Under the pieces are notes generated by a model, which was given only the letters and a program-made list of their open reading frames with translations, searched no databases and had not been told where the DNA came from. DNA of 63,983 nt, filler included, from Octopus bimaculoides (Eukaryota): NCBI RefSeq assembly GCF_001194135.2. It is 7 parts of 7 records of this genome, joined end to end, with 100 filler letters (N's around TTAATTAATTAA, not from the genome) between each part and the next. Parts side by side here need not be neighbours in the genome. Positions count along the whole stretch, not along the records: positions 45,356 to 49,605 come from NC_068992.1; positions 49,706 to 61,485 come from NC_068981.1; 5 more parts are not named here. One strand, given 5' to 3'. Both the position numbers and the translations under genes were made by a program. Positions 46,442 to 60,242 of this stretch are shown piece after piece (within the stretch, counting starts at the first letter, position 1; every line of letters starts with the position of its first letter).

Positions 46442-48430
46442 CACATATATATATATAGGTGCATACTCATATATGTGGATTGTCTCTACGTAGAATTGTC
46501 GGTATTGCGTTTGTGGTTTAATTATTAGCTAAATTTGAATTATTTCTCTTGAATACTTGGAAAGATCTACCATGGAAGAAATATCTGATCAAGGAAGGTT
46601 ATAAGGATAGCTGGAATATAAAAAACAAAACAAAACAACTGCTTTGTGGAAAAGACTGTCAAAGGTTAAAATGTGTATGGGAAAGTAAAGCGTTGTATGC
46701 ATAATGTATGAAAGGAAGCATAATTATAAATTATATTTAAATTAGGGGTTAGAAATGGCGTGTGACTGTTCCTGTCAAAATAAGTATAGATCCATTTCGG
46801 TAAGTAGAAATGAGCATGGAAATATAAAGATTTGAAAATAATAAAGGGTTTATTGTTTTAAAGTATTCAAGATATCAAGATCCGGATACAACTGAAGATG
46901 GTAGAAAGAGGATATGTGACTGATGCTGATGAATAGCTATATGTTATTCCATTCTCTTATGTGATGTTATGATGATCCCCTATTTTAGGAGGTCTTTGTC
47001 GAGATGGCAGCATTTATTAAAATTTTCTGATCTGAAATTCAGATTGTTTGCCGATTTATTAAGACTTTTGAATATGAGTCTTTTATGATCAGCGTTTCGT
47101 ACTATTTCTGTTTGCTCTGGATCTCTCGAGGATCTTTCTGTTTCTGTTTAAAACCAGAGAATGTTCTTATAAATTCCAGATACTGGATAATTTTGTTGTA
47201 CCTCCCTGGTCAATATTTCTCAAGAAAGAAATATACTGATGGAATCGATATACCTGAACACACCATTAGCCATAGAATCTTTATCTTTTATTCTTTTATC
47301 TTATGTCTATTTTAGTCAATGGACTGCAACCATGCTGGAACACCGCCTTGAAGGATTCAATCGAACAACTCCAGTATCTAAGCCACTAAGAGGCATAAAC
47401 AAACCAAGACCGGTTGTCAACTGTTGCGGTGGACACAAGCAAAATGACACATGTACACACGCATATATATGACAGACATCCACACAGTTTCGGTTTAAAC
47501 AATTTTCTCACAGAACAATGGTTGACTCGGGGCTACAGCAGGGGACAATTGCCCGAGGTGTCGGAATTGCCCCTGAAACTACGTATTTACAAAATGAGCT
47601 TATATGCTGAAAATAAATGATGAACACCTACAAAGTTTCGGTTTTATTTACAAACCTTAACATTTTCAAGCAACCACCAACGTAGAAAACTATTCGATAG
47701 AAACAACATTAAAATGAATTGCAGCTGTACAATTAACTTAAAAAAATCCTGATAAGGTGTACACTGAAGCCAACTATACACAAAAATTTTAGAAACCTGA
47801 TCCATACAGCTTAAAATGACATACTTTTGTATTTCTGTAGGTTAGTAGTGACAGATATGTTTACGCTATGCACAGATGTCACCCCTTCGGAAAGAAAGCT
47901 AGCATATGGAAATCAGACCATTTTCAAAGCTTGTCAGAAATATTATTGAACAAATAATTAATAATTAATTTCTGTTAAATAGACTTCTATAAACATCGAT
48001 ATATCCACCTACATAATTGTCAAAATATCAAGGAATCTCATAACAAATTCACATTCACTGTTTTTATCAATTTTCACATTACATACAAACTTTCCGGCCC
48101 TTGAGTCACTATATATATGTATGTATATATGCCAACAGTAGCACATATAAACACTACTAATACGTATGTCTGTATAGATAGGGTGACAAAGTGATTGAAA
48201 GACTGAAAAGAGGGAGAGAAAGGGGAAATAGGACAGAATCACAATAGTTATTCATTTTAATTCCGGATCCATCTAGGAAACAGGAAATTTAAGAAACAAT
48301 CGATTATTAACACCATCATGGTTTCCCTGGCAACATATATCCATTTTCGTTACAAGTCTCGCTTTAGAATTTCATGTAGAAGATGTATATTTGTGGCAAT
48401 CGAATAATATTAAAAATACCTTTGATTTCA

Positions 48431-48468
<38 letters not shown>

Positions 48469-48708
48469 CAAATGAAAGACAGAAGATGGAATATACGAGC
48501 ACAGCCAGATGCTCCTGAACCAGTTGTTGAGTGTCCCACCCGTGAGGGATCGATGCTAGATGTGTCGAAACAATTGTCGTGATTAATAATAAATTCTCGT
48601 ATATTCCATCTTCCATCTTTCATTTGCCACAAACATCACGATCACTGTGAAAGTGACCGTACTTTACCAGTAAGTCACCAGGTGGTAAACCATTCGTTTT
48701 ATTATCCA

Positions 48709-48766
<58 letters not shown>

Positions 48767-48793
48767 ATNNNNNNNNNNATCTATCTATCTATC

Positions 48794-48835
<42 letters not shown>

Positions 48836-49705
48836 ATTTATTTAAAGAACACAATACATGTCTTCAAGTGATACTAATAGTTTCATATGTTGAGAAATAT
48901 CTTTTCATGCACAAATTACATAACATCACGAACTAAATAAATTGAACAAGAAAAGAAACGCGAAAAAGCTGAGAAGGCAGCGTATAGAAAACGCGGAAGG
49001 TTAAAAAAACGGAAAACGAAAAATGGAAAACATATGTATGTACAAATCTTTGTATGTATATACATAATAATACTTGTACATAAGAAGTGCATCTCTGAAT
49101 GTTCGAGACCTTTTTAGGCCTAGATGTGTGTAAATTTAGTACGTCATTATAATTCATTTAAAAAGCTGACCTTCCAACTTTTGTTATTGTAGATTCATGG
49201 AGGCGGTTGTAAAAGGACTTTGAACACACCCTATTAAATGTGGTACTCCGTCGGTTGCAACGTGAAATTAACGTGCAAGTGGCTGAGCACTCCACAGACA
49301 TGTGTACTCTTAATGTAATTCTCAGAGAGATTCAGTGTGACAAGGCTGGCCCTTCGAAATACAGGTACAACAGAAACAGGAGAAAAAACCGCATTCGTGG
49401 ATTTACCTGAAGGAGTACGCCAGCTGGAAGAGAACCACTGCTATCTGTTTCTTCTTCTCTTTTTTCTTTTTCTAAATTTTAGTTCTTTTCTCTATTATTG
49501 AAATTTTATTTTTTTCTTCCTCTCCCTTAGCCTGTCTTTTTCTAATTTTTATTGAACTGTTTTATGAACATTTTTATTTGTTGAATTGTGTTAGACATGG
49601 CAGAANNNNNNNNNNNNNNNNNNNNNNNNNNNNNNNNNNNNNNNNNNNNTTAATTAATTAANNNNNNNNNNNNNNNNNNNNNNNNNNNNNNNNNNNNNNN
49701 NNNNN

Positions 49706-49750
<45 letters not shown>

Positions 49751-49926
49751 GTTCAAACAAGAAAAACGACTGATTTGTTCTCATGTGCACAATCAGTACC
49801 GTCGTCGATGCATTACAAGTACTCTACTATGGTTATCAATCTGATAAAGACTGAAACATTTTGCATTTGTAAAAAGAAAATTTAGTCATTATGGTGTGAT
49901 ATTGGTAATGTTATATATGTGTGAGT

Positions 49927-50068
49927 GGGTAGTATATGGGGGGTTTACACAGTCACCGGATGCTGGTTGAGTGAGCACCATACTGGGCTAAAACTTCCAA
50001 AGAGTGACTCAAACCACAAGTCCTACTTCGACTTCCTCGTGGTACCACCTGGATCTAAACCAACAGGA
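49927..50068 (+). ncRNA. HDV-like ribozyme-like fold at the RTE 5' end
   Basis: P1 gggtagt (49927-33) / accacct (50044-50), G1-U wobble, one mismatch. P3 act/ggt around L3 tcctcgt (50034-40). P1.1 gg (50051-52). P2/P4/J4-2 are not cleanly resolvable. Confidence 0.5.
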
Positions 50069-51772
50069 AAAGATGACTGTGGGTGTTTGGCGCAGTATAA
50101 CCAGGCCGCAACGAGCGGACTGGGCTCGTTAGCCATGATCGGTAGCCTGTCTAGAAGGACAATCTGACATAAAACCTACGACCCTAGGACCTCTCTGTCA
50201 CCGTCCCAGCTTGCTGGACCACGGTAGATGAACACCTGGTGTAAAGGATGGGGCTAGTTCTGCGCAGACTGCACTTCACCTTAAAACTCCATCGTACAGG
50301 TCAAAACACCACTCCACGTCCACGACCGCGATCACAACTCCCCAAACCCTGTAACGATAGAAAAGTGGAGAAAAACGGTAGGTGGAAGATGACACTGGAA
50401 GCCACAGCTCCCAATCTATATGCAGGCGGTTGGGAATATTGCTCACCTGGTATTGACCCGGAGACGACAACATCACTCGACAGCACCCCGCACGACCAAG
50501 CAACCTTATCTAGAGAGATCACTGCTTGCGTCTCATAGAGAGGGCTTTAGAAAAGGTGACTTGAAGAAAGCTTGTCTCCTACACACCAATTTGGCAAACA
50601 GTGGCCAACGGGCATCTTCAAGCGGTCGAATACGCACAATTACAAGAATGAAAGACTCCACACACCTTCCAAATATTGCCAAGGGTCTGAAGATCGCATA
50701 TTGGAACGTCAGAACCATTTTTGACTCAGACGACAGAGGTCGTCCAGAACGCCGATCCTCTCTCATTGCACATAAACTGTCCAGGCTAGACTCGAAAGAA
50801 CATGGTGCCGGATACATTTATCAGAAAGACGCCGTTCAGAGTCTGATTCATGATAAGAAATTCCATTACATCAAAGCTGGAAACCCTACCAGGTCATTCT
50901 GACGACATCATCTCCATGCGCCTCCTCTCTCTGAAAAACAAGCAGCAGGCCACAATCTTCAGTGCTTATGCCTCGACCCTACAAGCAGACCCAGAAGACA
51001 AGAAGTTCTACTCAGACCTGTGCAGACTCCTCTAGAGAACTCCCGTCGATGATAAGGTCATGATCCTAGGAGATTTCAACGCCAGAGTGGGCTGACATTC
51101 CGAAACCTGGAAGAGAGTCCTCGGAAAGCATGGGGTTGGGAATTGCAACGACAACAGGCAACTCTTGCTTGGCTTTTGCATCAGCTCGTCATCACCAATA
51201 CCCTCTTCCAGCAAAGAGACAGTCTGAAATCAACCTCGATACATCCCCGATCAGAAAACTGGCACCTCCTTGACTACGTCATAGTGCGCCAACGAGACCA
51301 GTCTGTCGTCATGCACACCAGATTGAAGCCTAGCACAGAATTCCATACGGACTATAGCCTAGTCCGTTGCAAATTCAAACCCCACTTCAAGCCCTAACCA
51401 ACAAAAAAGAGAGGACCTGCCAACAACAAGAAAATCAAAACTACCGGTCAGCAGCTAAACGAAGTATAAGTAAACGTCCAGGCAGGCCTACAAGCAAAGC
51501 TTGATCAGTCTAATTTCCCCCCTCAGATCCCTCTCTAGAAACCTTATGGGAGCAACTGAAAACCGCCATCCTACAGACCTCTGCAGAAATTCTCGGGTTT
51601 ACGAAGAAAATGGATTGGTTTGACGAAAACGATGTACTTATCCAGGAATTATTTAAAAAGAAGAAGTCTGCCCACCAAGCACACCTGGCACAACCGCCCT
51701 GCCCAGATAAGAAAACAGCCTTTCGCCAAGCCTGCAGCTTTCTGCAGTGCAAACTCCGTGAAATTCAGAATG
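49927..51772 (+). mobile_element. 5'-intact, 3'-deleted RTE (BovB-like) LINE: 5' UTR plus APE endonuclease
   Basis: LKIAYWNVRTIFDSDD..RPERRSSLIAHKLSRL, TIFSAYA.TL, KVMILGDFNARVG, GKHGVGNCNDN..LL, LVITNTLFQQ, HPRS..WHLLDYVIVR. Many frameshifts; homology stops at about 51772, before the RT. Confidence 0.9.
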
Positions 51773-52725
51773 TGCACCAGTTTACTTTCAAGTCCTTATT
51801 TAAGTGATATTTTTGTATATGCAAGTGTACCACAAAATGACTACTCCTTGATTTGTGTGGTAATTATGGTTTGATACCGTTAAATTGGACTAGCGTGTTA
51901 CAGGAAAATGCATTCAAGTTAAGCTGGTTTTGAAAACAGAGTAATTTGGACGAGTTAAGTTTGTGTTGAAAACAACTATGCGCGAAATGTTTAGCAGAAT
52001 AAAGAGCAGCATATATTTCACGGAAGTGTGTAATGTTACATGTGAAAAAATATAGGTCACTAGGTATTGAGAACAGTGTGGAAAATATTGCTGAATATTG
52101 GGACATACTAGTGTTCATAGAGAGTGAATTGGGGAAGGTATGTCAGATCATGTTTCAAAAAAATTGTCTGACAGGAAATTTCTGGTCCTAAAAATTCAAA
52201 TCGGATGGAATCGATGGGTGGTCGTCGTAGCAAGGAAGTGCTAATGCCCGAAATATTAGAACGGGTTTTTGTTCTAAAGAACAGCAATATTATTTTTCCT
52301 GGGATTTTCAAAGATGTGATACTAGTGATGCGTGATATAGGCAAGAACTTCTCTGATTTATCTGCGTCTGCAGAAACTGTACTTGTGCTCAAGGAGAAAG
52401 AAAATCTCAAAGTGATAAAGCAGATAATTTTAAATAGTGCGAAATGTGATGTGGAGTCTTAAAATGTTGGTTTGTTATTCAGATTTCTCCAAATCAATTA
52501 AATGTGTTTACATTTTTAAACAACCGAACAATATTGATTTCATTTATGTCACACTTTGACATTAAGGCCTTCCACAAAATAACATGAGAGCTTAAAGTGA
52601 ATTGTCTTCAAATGAGAACGGAAACCAGATCTTCAAACACAAATCGCCATCAGGATAATCAAAACAGTTAAATATCGTGATTTCAGATGTTTGGAAAGCC
52701 TATTGAAGATTCGACAATTATTGTT

Positions 52726-52764
<39 letters not shown>

Positions 52765-53059
52765 TTTGTGTGTGTGTGTGTGTGTGTGTGTGNNNNNNNN
52801 NNNNNNNNNNNNNNNNNNNNNNNNNNNNNNNNNNNNNNNNNNNNNNNNNNNNNNNNNNNNNNNNNNNNNNNNNNNNNNNNNNNNNNNNNNNNNNNNNNNN
52901 NNNNNNNNNNNNNNNNNNNNNNNNNNNNNNNNNNNNNNNNNNNNNNNNNNNNNNNNNNNNNNNNNNNNNNNNNNNNNNNNNNNNNNNNNNNNNNNNNNNN
53001 NNNNNNNNNNNNNNNNNNNNNTGTGTGTGTGTGTGCGTTAGATAGAATTAAAACTATAA

Positions 53060-53600
53060 ATCTTCCAGTCTGTGGTCAATTGTTGAAGATAAATAAAATC
53101 TGAGATCAGTTCATATGAATCAATTTTTCAATTCAGTACAAAAAGGGCTACCACATGCTTTTGTGGAATATCTTCTTAAGGAAATAGGGACAACGAACAT
53201 GAGGTTCCACCTCTAGTTGGGATGTGATATACTATACATTGCTACGAAATTTTATAAATGCGAGTAGAATGACACAATTGACTATAGGCGTAGATGGGAT
53301 GCACCGCTTGAGCATATTCTTGTATCGTTCAGATCATTCACAGCAAAATATTCTCGGAAGTGCAATCACACTCTGTCCATTTTCCCTATTGCAATAAATA
53401 TGCAATGCTAAATTTGTCCAGGAACACTCTGTGGTTTTCTGCAAAGTTGATGACAACTTATAACGAAAACTTCATACAGGAAAATCCATTGCAATGGAGT
53501 AAACGGCTGAAAGATACGAGTACATTTGTTGAAGGCTTTTATGTCTTCACGACGTTGAACAATAATAAAATGATAACTGGACATTACGGCTTATTTTAAT
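53060..53600. mobile_element. Highly decayed mariner-like remnant
   Basis: 53350-53600 resembles the non-coding 5' end of mariner elements on the minus strand; weak PH(xL)-like trace near 53150. Confidence 0.3.
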
Positions 53601-56600
53601 TTGTCAAAATGGTGGGGGGTGAGAGATCTGCTGTGCTATGGAATGAAAATATAGAATTGATCCTTAAAAGGATATATCGAGAGATAGCTGGAGGGCTGAC
53701 ATTCAAGACACTCTTTATTTATGGCTAGAAATATTATTTTGCTGGTACTGGAACTGAAATGGGTATCCAAGAACATAAAAGGGAATTGAAGAAAAAAGAG
53801 CTGATAAATTCTTATTACAAATATGTCATAGATTTTGTAAAAGAAAATTGAGAGACTATCACACTCAGTGTTAAAATATAACAAATGCTACGCGTTTAGA
53901 TTAGTTCAAGTTGTCCTTATTGTGTTGATTTCATGAATTACAGACATATAAAAGCAGAAATGAGCATTCATATAAATCAAAACCTTCGATATTTTGTTTT
54001 AACCTCAATGCTGATGGAAAACGCTGTACAAAACAATACTTTCAGAAGATTATTAAAGTATTACTTTCAGTTGTCAGCCATAAAACACAATATCGAATAA
54101 CCCGGACGAAATCTGAGTTAAAAGAGTAGCCCTGTGTGATGACTATCGCCTTCATCTTTCAGTACAAGTACTGTGCTGCTCGGGTATCTTCGTTGAGATT
54201 TCTGCAATTAGACATCTTCTCAATTTGTGTTTTATACCGCAGTCTCAAAGAATAACCCAAATAACTCAAAATAGCTCAAATAACCCAAAGAAAAGAGAAG
54301 ATTTATACAACTGGGAAATGAAACACGTATTCATGGTATTAAATTTATGATTAGACAATGCAATATTAAATAATTTTATAAAATATATATTTAAGCTATG
54401 TAAAGGATTTATATGATTTTAGGGTATTTTCTGCAATTTTGTTACTGTTTATAAAGTTCAGCAAAAAAGTGATATATTTATGTCTTCATATACATATAAT
54501 TATTATAGGTTAACGCAAACACATAATGGTATTAATCCTCACTATCATGTACGACAGTTCACCACAACAAATGCCATCAGCCCACGAAAATTTGGCACTT
54601 TTCCTTAGGAAGCAGTGCATATTTAGACTTTTATTTGAATGTGTCACAAGACGATGATTGACCTGTTTTGATTTGTACTAACCTAGATCACTGTTATGAA
54701 ACGATACGAAGCTAATTACGGATAGACTACCAATCATCATTACCTGTTAGAAATAGAAGCCAAATCGTCCTAAATCACATTCTACTATTGTCTTAAAATA
54801 TCAACGAGACATTGGATAATATGACTTTAAATGGAACTGTCGTAATTGAAAAGCCCTTAAGTATTTCCTGAAACACAAGCTTCAAAAAAACCACGAACTC
54901 ATATGTAGCCAACAACAGAGATACTATACGGTCACGGTTTTCCTTACAAATACGGGACAAATATCCCTCAAAATGAATCTTGCTATTTCCTTTACAATGA
55001 AACGAAGCAGTACACTATGTATGATAAAAAAAAATTAGGTTGCTTTGGCTGCAATAATTTTTATCAGCAATTTGCTTAATCAGGGTTCGTTTGGATCGCA
55101 GTGACAACCTAGCAACAATACTTTCTCACTGCGTTTCCTTATTAAGAAGCAAAATAAAATAAAAGAAATTAATAAGGCAACAGTATACAAGGCAACTGTA
55201 TACAATTGAGAGTCATAATTTCTTATCTATAACCATACGTTTGATGTTTAACTTCGGTTGCTCGTAACTAGTCTGCGAGCGAATGGACATTTCCAGAAAG
55301 GCATGCTCTTGGTCCTATATTACGTTTATTTGAGTAAAGGTAACCTTTAACTAATGACCCTAGAAAGGAATGAAATCTTTAAACTGAATCATATTAATAG
55401 TAGAAGAGCAGTCAATGGTACTTCACATTATTAACAGAATAAGTAAAATATGGAATTCTTATTTAAGCTCTTTAAGCTCTTTAAGCTATTTAAGCTCCCT
55501 TTCAGTTCTATATCCTTAACACCAGTAATATTTTAGGGAAAGTATGGCCAGTTGCTTGCATCAGATGTTTACATCATCCTAAACTATAATTATCCTAAGT
55601 AATATTAATGGGCACCGGGTAAGGCAATTAGGTAGCTGGAAGAATCGTTCGTAAGCCGGGCAAAATACTTTGCGGTATTTCGTCCGCCTTAACATTTTGA
55701 TTTCAAATTCCGCTGGGGTCAACTGTGCCTTTCATCCTTTTGGGATAGAAAAGATGAAAACCCTAGAGTAGGTCTAACCGACTTACACTCTCCACCGAAA
55801 GTTCTGGCCTTGTGCCAAAATTTGAAATTAATGTTAATGGGAAGTGATCTTGGTTTAGCATGAATGTCCTTACCAGACTAAATACGCGCTGCTATTTTGC
55901 ATTGTTACATCATGGTATGAGTTCATATAACTACAAAGAAATTGATAGCATTCAGCAGATGTGTATTCGCTAGAAACGAATACATAGATATCATATCGGC
56001 CTGTCGTATATATATANNNNNNNNNNNNNNNNNNNNNNNNNNNNNNNNNNNNNNNNNNNNNNNNNNNNNNNNNNNNNNNNNNNNNNNNNNNNNNNNNNNN
56101 NNNNNNNNNNNNNNNNNNNNNNNNNNNNNNNNNNNNNNNNNNNNNNNNNNNNNNNNNNNNNNNNNNNNNNNNNNNNNNNNNNNNNNNNNNNNNNNNNNNN
56201 NNNNNNNNNNNNNNNNNNNNNNNNNNNNNNNNNNNNNNNNNNNNNNNNNNNNNNNNNNNNNNNNNNNNNNNNNNNNNNNNNNNNNNNNNNNNNNNNNNNN
56301 NNNNNNNNNNNNNNNNNNNNNNNNNNNNNNNNNNNNNNNNNNNNNNNNNNNNNNNNNNNNNNNNNNNNNNNNNNNNNNNNNNNNNNNNNNNNNNNNNNNN
56401 NNNNNNNNNNNNNNNNNNNNNNNNNNNNNNNNNNNNNNNNNNNNNNNNNNNNNNNNNNNNNNNNNNNNNNNNNNNNNNNNNNNNNNNNNNNNNNNNNNNN
56501 NNNNNNNNNNNNNNNNNNNNNNNNNNNNNNNNNNNNNNNNNNNNNNNNNNNNNNNNNNNNNNNNNNNNNNNNNNNNNNNNNNNNNNNNNNNNNNNNNNNN

Positions 56601-57276
56601 NNNNNNNNNNNNNNNNNNNNNNNNNNNNNNNNNNNNNNNNNNNNNNNNNNNNNNNNNNNNTACACAAATTAAATCTTGCCATGGAGGAATGTAGTGGCGG
56701 ACAAAAAAACAAGACAGGAAAACAAACGGAAAAGGCTATGCGGCCAGACGTGAAAAATTATGTGTATATGAACGCTGTGAGGCATGAACTTGAAAGTGGG
56801 GACGAAGTAAGTTCGCGTGTTTGCTCGGCGATAGCCAAGGAAGAAAAGGATTAGTGACCGGAAGCATGTGATCATGCAGGGGTAAGGGAGAGAGAGAGTG
56901 TGTGGTAGAGGGATATATATATATAGCTGTGTGTGTGTGTGTCTGTGTTCATCCCAACACAACACTGCTTGACAACCGGTGCTGGTGTGTTTACGTCCCC
57001 TTAACTTAGTGGTTCGACACAAGTGAAATCGATAGAATAAGTTCCAAGCTTATAAAAAAATAAATACTGGGGTCGATGCATTCGACTAAAAATTCTACAA
57101 GGCGGTGCCCCAGCATGGCCGCAGCCTAATGGCTAAAACAATTATAAGATAAAAGACGAAGGATTCACTTGTTTGTATATTTGTGCGTGCTTCGATTTCT
57201 GCGTGTGTTTATGTATGTGCGTTTAAGCATGTGTGATAGCTTGTGCGCGAAAACCCTTAAATGTACCTATCTGCTT

Positions 57277-57328
<52 letters not shown>

Positions 57329-57838
57329 TGTGTGTGTGTGCTTGACTACAATGGTCTGTCATGGGAAAGTCGTTAATTAATAACTGTGACGTCATGTACA
57401 TATTTTCCATATTATTTTTCATTGCATTTGAATTAAATATGATATTACGAATACAATAGTTAAAAAATTACATTTCTAATTGTTTTTCTTTAAACCGAAA
57501 TTTGAACCAAATTTTATTCATTTGCAAAGGAACTTTTAACATTCGAAAAGATACACATAGTCATACATATGCTTACGCAAATCTTCACACAGACACACAC
57601 ACTCGCAAACACATACACATATACGTGCCTGAACACACACACCTTCACTGACGAACATATTGTGTGTTAAGATAAATACAAAGATAGGTTTTGTGAAATA
57701 ATGAGTTTTGTCACATGTAATACATGGCGTGATATTGTACGTATGAAAACGTATTCGGCTTTTAGTATTATTTATTGTAAAACCCAAGAAAATGAACATG
57801 TGATAAAAACAACAATCACGACGAGTCTACTGAAACAC

Positions 57839-57878
<40 letters not shown>

Positions 57879-58914
57879 NNNNNNNNNNNNNNNNNNNNNN
57901 NNNNNNNNNNNNNNNNNNNNNNNNNNNNNNNNNNNNNNNNNNNNNNNNNNNNNNNNNNNNNNNNNNNNNNNNNNNNNNNNNNNNNNNNNNNNNNNNNNNN
58001 NNNNNNNNNNNNNNNNNNNNNNNNNNNNNNNNNNNNNNNNNNNNNNNNNNNNNNNNNNNNNNNNNNNNNNNNNNNNNNNNNNNNNNNNNNNNNNNNNNNN
58101 NNNNNNNNNNNNNNNNNNNNNNNNNNNNNNNNNNNNNNNNNNNNNNNNNNNNNNNNNNNNNNNNNNNNNNNNNNNNNNNNNNNNNNNNNNNNNNNNNNNN
58201 NNNNNNNNNNNNNNNNNNNNNNNNNNNNNNNNNNNNNNNNNNTGTGGAGGCGTAATGGTCCAGTGGTTAGGGCAGCGGACTCGCGGTCATAGGATCGCGA
58301 TTTCGCTTCCCACACCGGGAGTTGTGAGTGTTTATTGAGCAAAAATACCTAAAACTCCACGAAGCTCCGGCAGGGGATGGTGGCGAACCCTGCTGTACTC
58401 TTTCACCACAACTTTCTCTCATTCTTTCTTCCTGTTTCTATTGTACCTGTATTTCGAAAGGCCGGCCTGTGGACTGTAGAGTGCTCAGTATCTAATCGAC
58501 CAAATGTAGCAAAATCTTATGTCGACCCCAAGATTTCAGTAATATTCTCTCAACGTAAATTATATGGGAGTCATTCGTATGGTGTGGATCTATACTTCAT
58601 TAAAAAGACTACACTTCTCATATAATGATGTATGTGGATTTTGCAAATTGTATACATTAAGAGTACATGCGAGCGTAGTACACTCAGACGTTTACACACT
58701 AACTCAATGAATATGTAGTTTAGCTGACCAAACGGCTGTAATACTCGTCTTCGAAAATCCTTTCGTTATATGAGTGAAAGCTATGAATGTATGGTGTATG
58801 TACTTGAGTGTCTGTGAAAGTATATGCCTGTACGCATCACACACTATGCACACGCATAAATAGATATAGGCAGAAAGATCGAGATACTGAAAGATATACA
58901 GATGGACAGAGAGG

Positions 58915-58915
58915 C

Positions 58916-58953
<38 letters not shown>

Positions 58954-59235
58954 GTAGAAAGGTAGATAGATAAATAGATAGATAGATAGATAGATAGATA
59001 GACAATGATTGATACACAGGTCGCAGGCATAAAATAAGGAGATAAGCAGAAACTATAACAACAAAAAATAGAAAAGCTAATTAGATAGGTGAATAAGTAG
59101 ATTTATCGAAAGAAAAAATGAAAACATACATAAATACATACAGGCACACGCCCAAACAATCCCATGTATGTATGTATGTATGTATGTATGTATGTATGTA
59201 TGTATGTATGTATGTATGTATGTATGTATGTATGC
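58915..59235. repeat. (GATA)n 58915-59003 and (TATG)n 59165-59235 tetranucleotide repeats
   Basis: Direct reading. (TCTA)n also at 48710-48793. Confidence 0.95.
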
Positions 59236-59435
59236 TGCGCTTCTAATAAGATAGGAATATCGCCATCAGCATATGCTCCATGGAAAATTTAGTTAATTTC
59301 ATTTTGTGATAGAAATACGTAACATACATAACAATCCTTTTATTCTTCGAGAAATTTCTATCGATTAAGGAAATTGCTTAGAATCTTAATCTTATAGCTA
59401 CTGGAATCTTTTTTTTTTGTTTTTGTTTTTTTCAG

Positions 59436-59491
59436 ACGAGCTGACTTCTATTCATAGAGAAACCCAGGCACTTCTAAGTCAATTGAACTAA
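59436..59491 (+). CDS. Candidate short terminal coding exon (unassigned gene)
   Basis: About 25-nt T tract + cag| acceptor, frame (D)ELTSIHRETQALLSQLN*, AATAAA at 59580-59585. No family recognised. Confidence 0.3.
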
Positions 59492-60242
59492 GAGGCTAAG
59501 TCCAGATTTCTTAGTATTCATAGAATATAAAAGATGTTTTTCTGAGATTCATTAAGTCGATCGGAATTAAAATCTGACCAATAAAATTCCGTTTTTCCAT
59601 AAAACTTGTGCAAATGAATATCCGCTCTCTTGTTTGCTAGCTTCTTCTTGGCGTAGACATGATGAATGCGCGCGCTAGTGTGTGTGTGTCACGTGTGCTC
59701 ACGTGTGCACGCGTGTGCGTGTTTTTGTCAAGTGTGTGTTTGTGTATGTCCGATGTGTGTGCGTGTGTGTCGCGTGTGTGTCGCGTGTGCTCACGTGTGT
59801 ACGCGTGTGCGCGTTTTTGTCAAGCGTGTGTTTGTGTATGTCCGATGTGTGTGCATGTGTATATATACATACATGGGCATAAGTTATCGTTTCAAATTAT
59901 ATTTGTATGTTCAAATGTGTAGATAAATAATTTACAAGCGCACGCACAAACACACACATACATATGTAAGATAAAAGAAAGTGGCAAAGTGGCAGAGAGA
60001 ATAGCGAGAAAAGAAAAGAGAAAAGGGTAAATAGAAAAAAAAATTAATGATAATTCGCGCACGAACACATATACAAATATGCGTGTTTGTGTGTGTTTGT
60101 GTGTCTATGTAAGTATATTATATTCATGCATGTATATCATTTGTAAATAAATTTATATGAATAGTGTATACATATACATTTATACTCATACATACACGCA
60201 TGCATGCATACATACATACATACATACTTACATACATACATA

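Noticed and set aside
59675-59870. Two ~89-bp GT-rich units with several CACGTG E-boxes
   Set aside because: Local duplication within a decayed (GT)n tract; the E-boxes are expected by composition.
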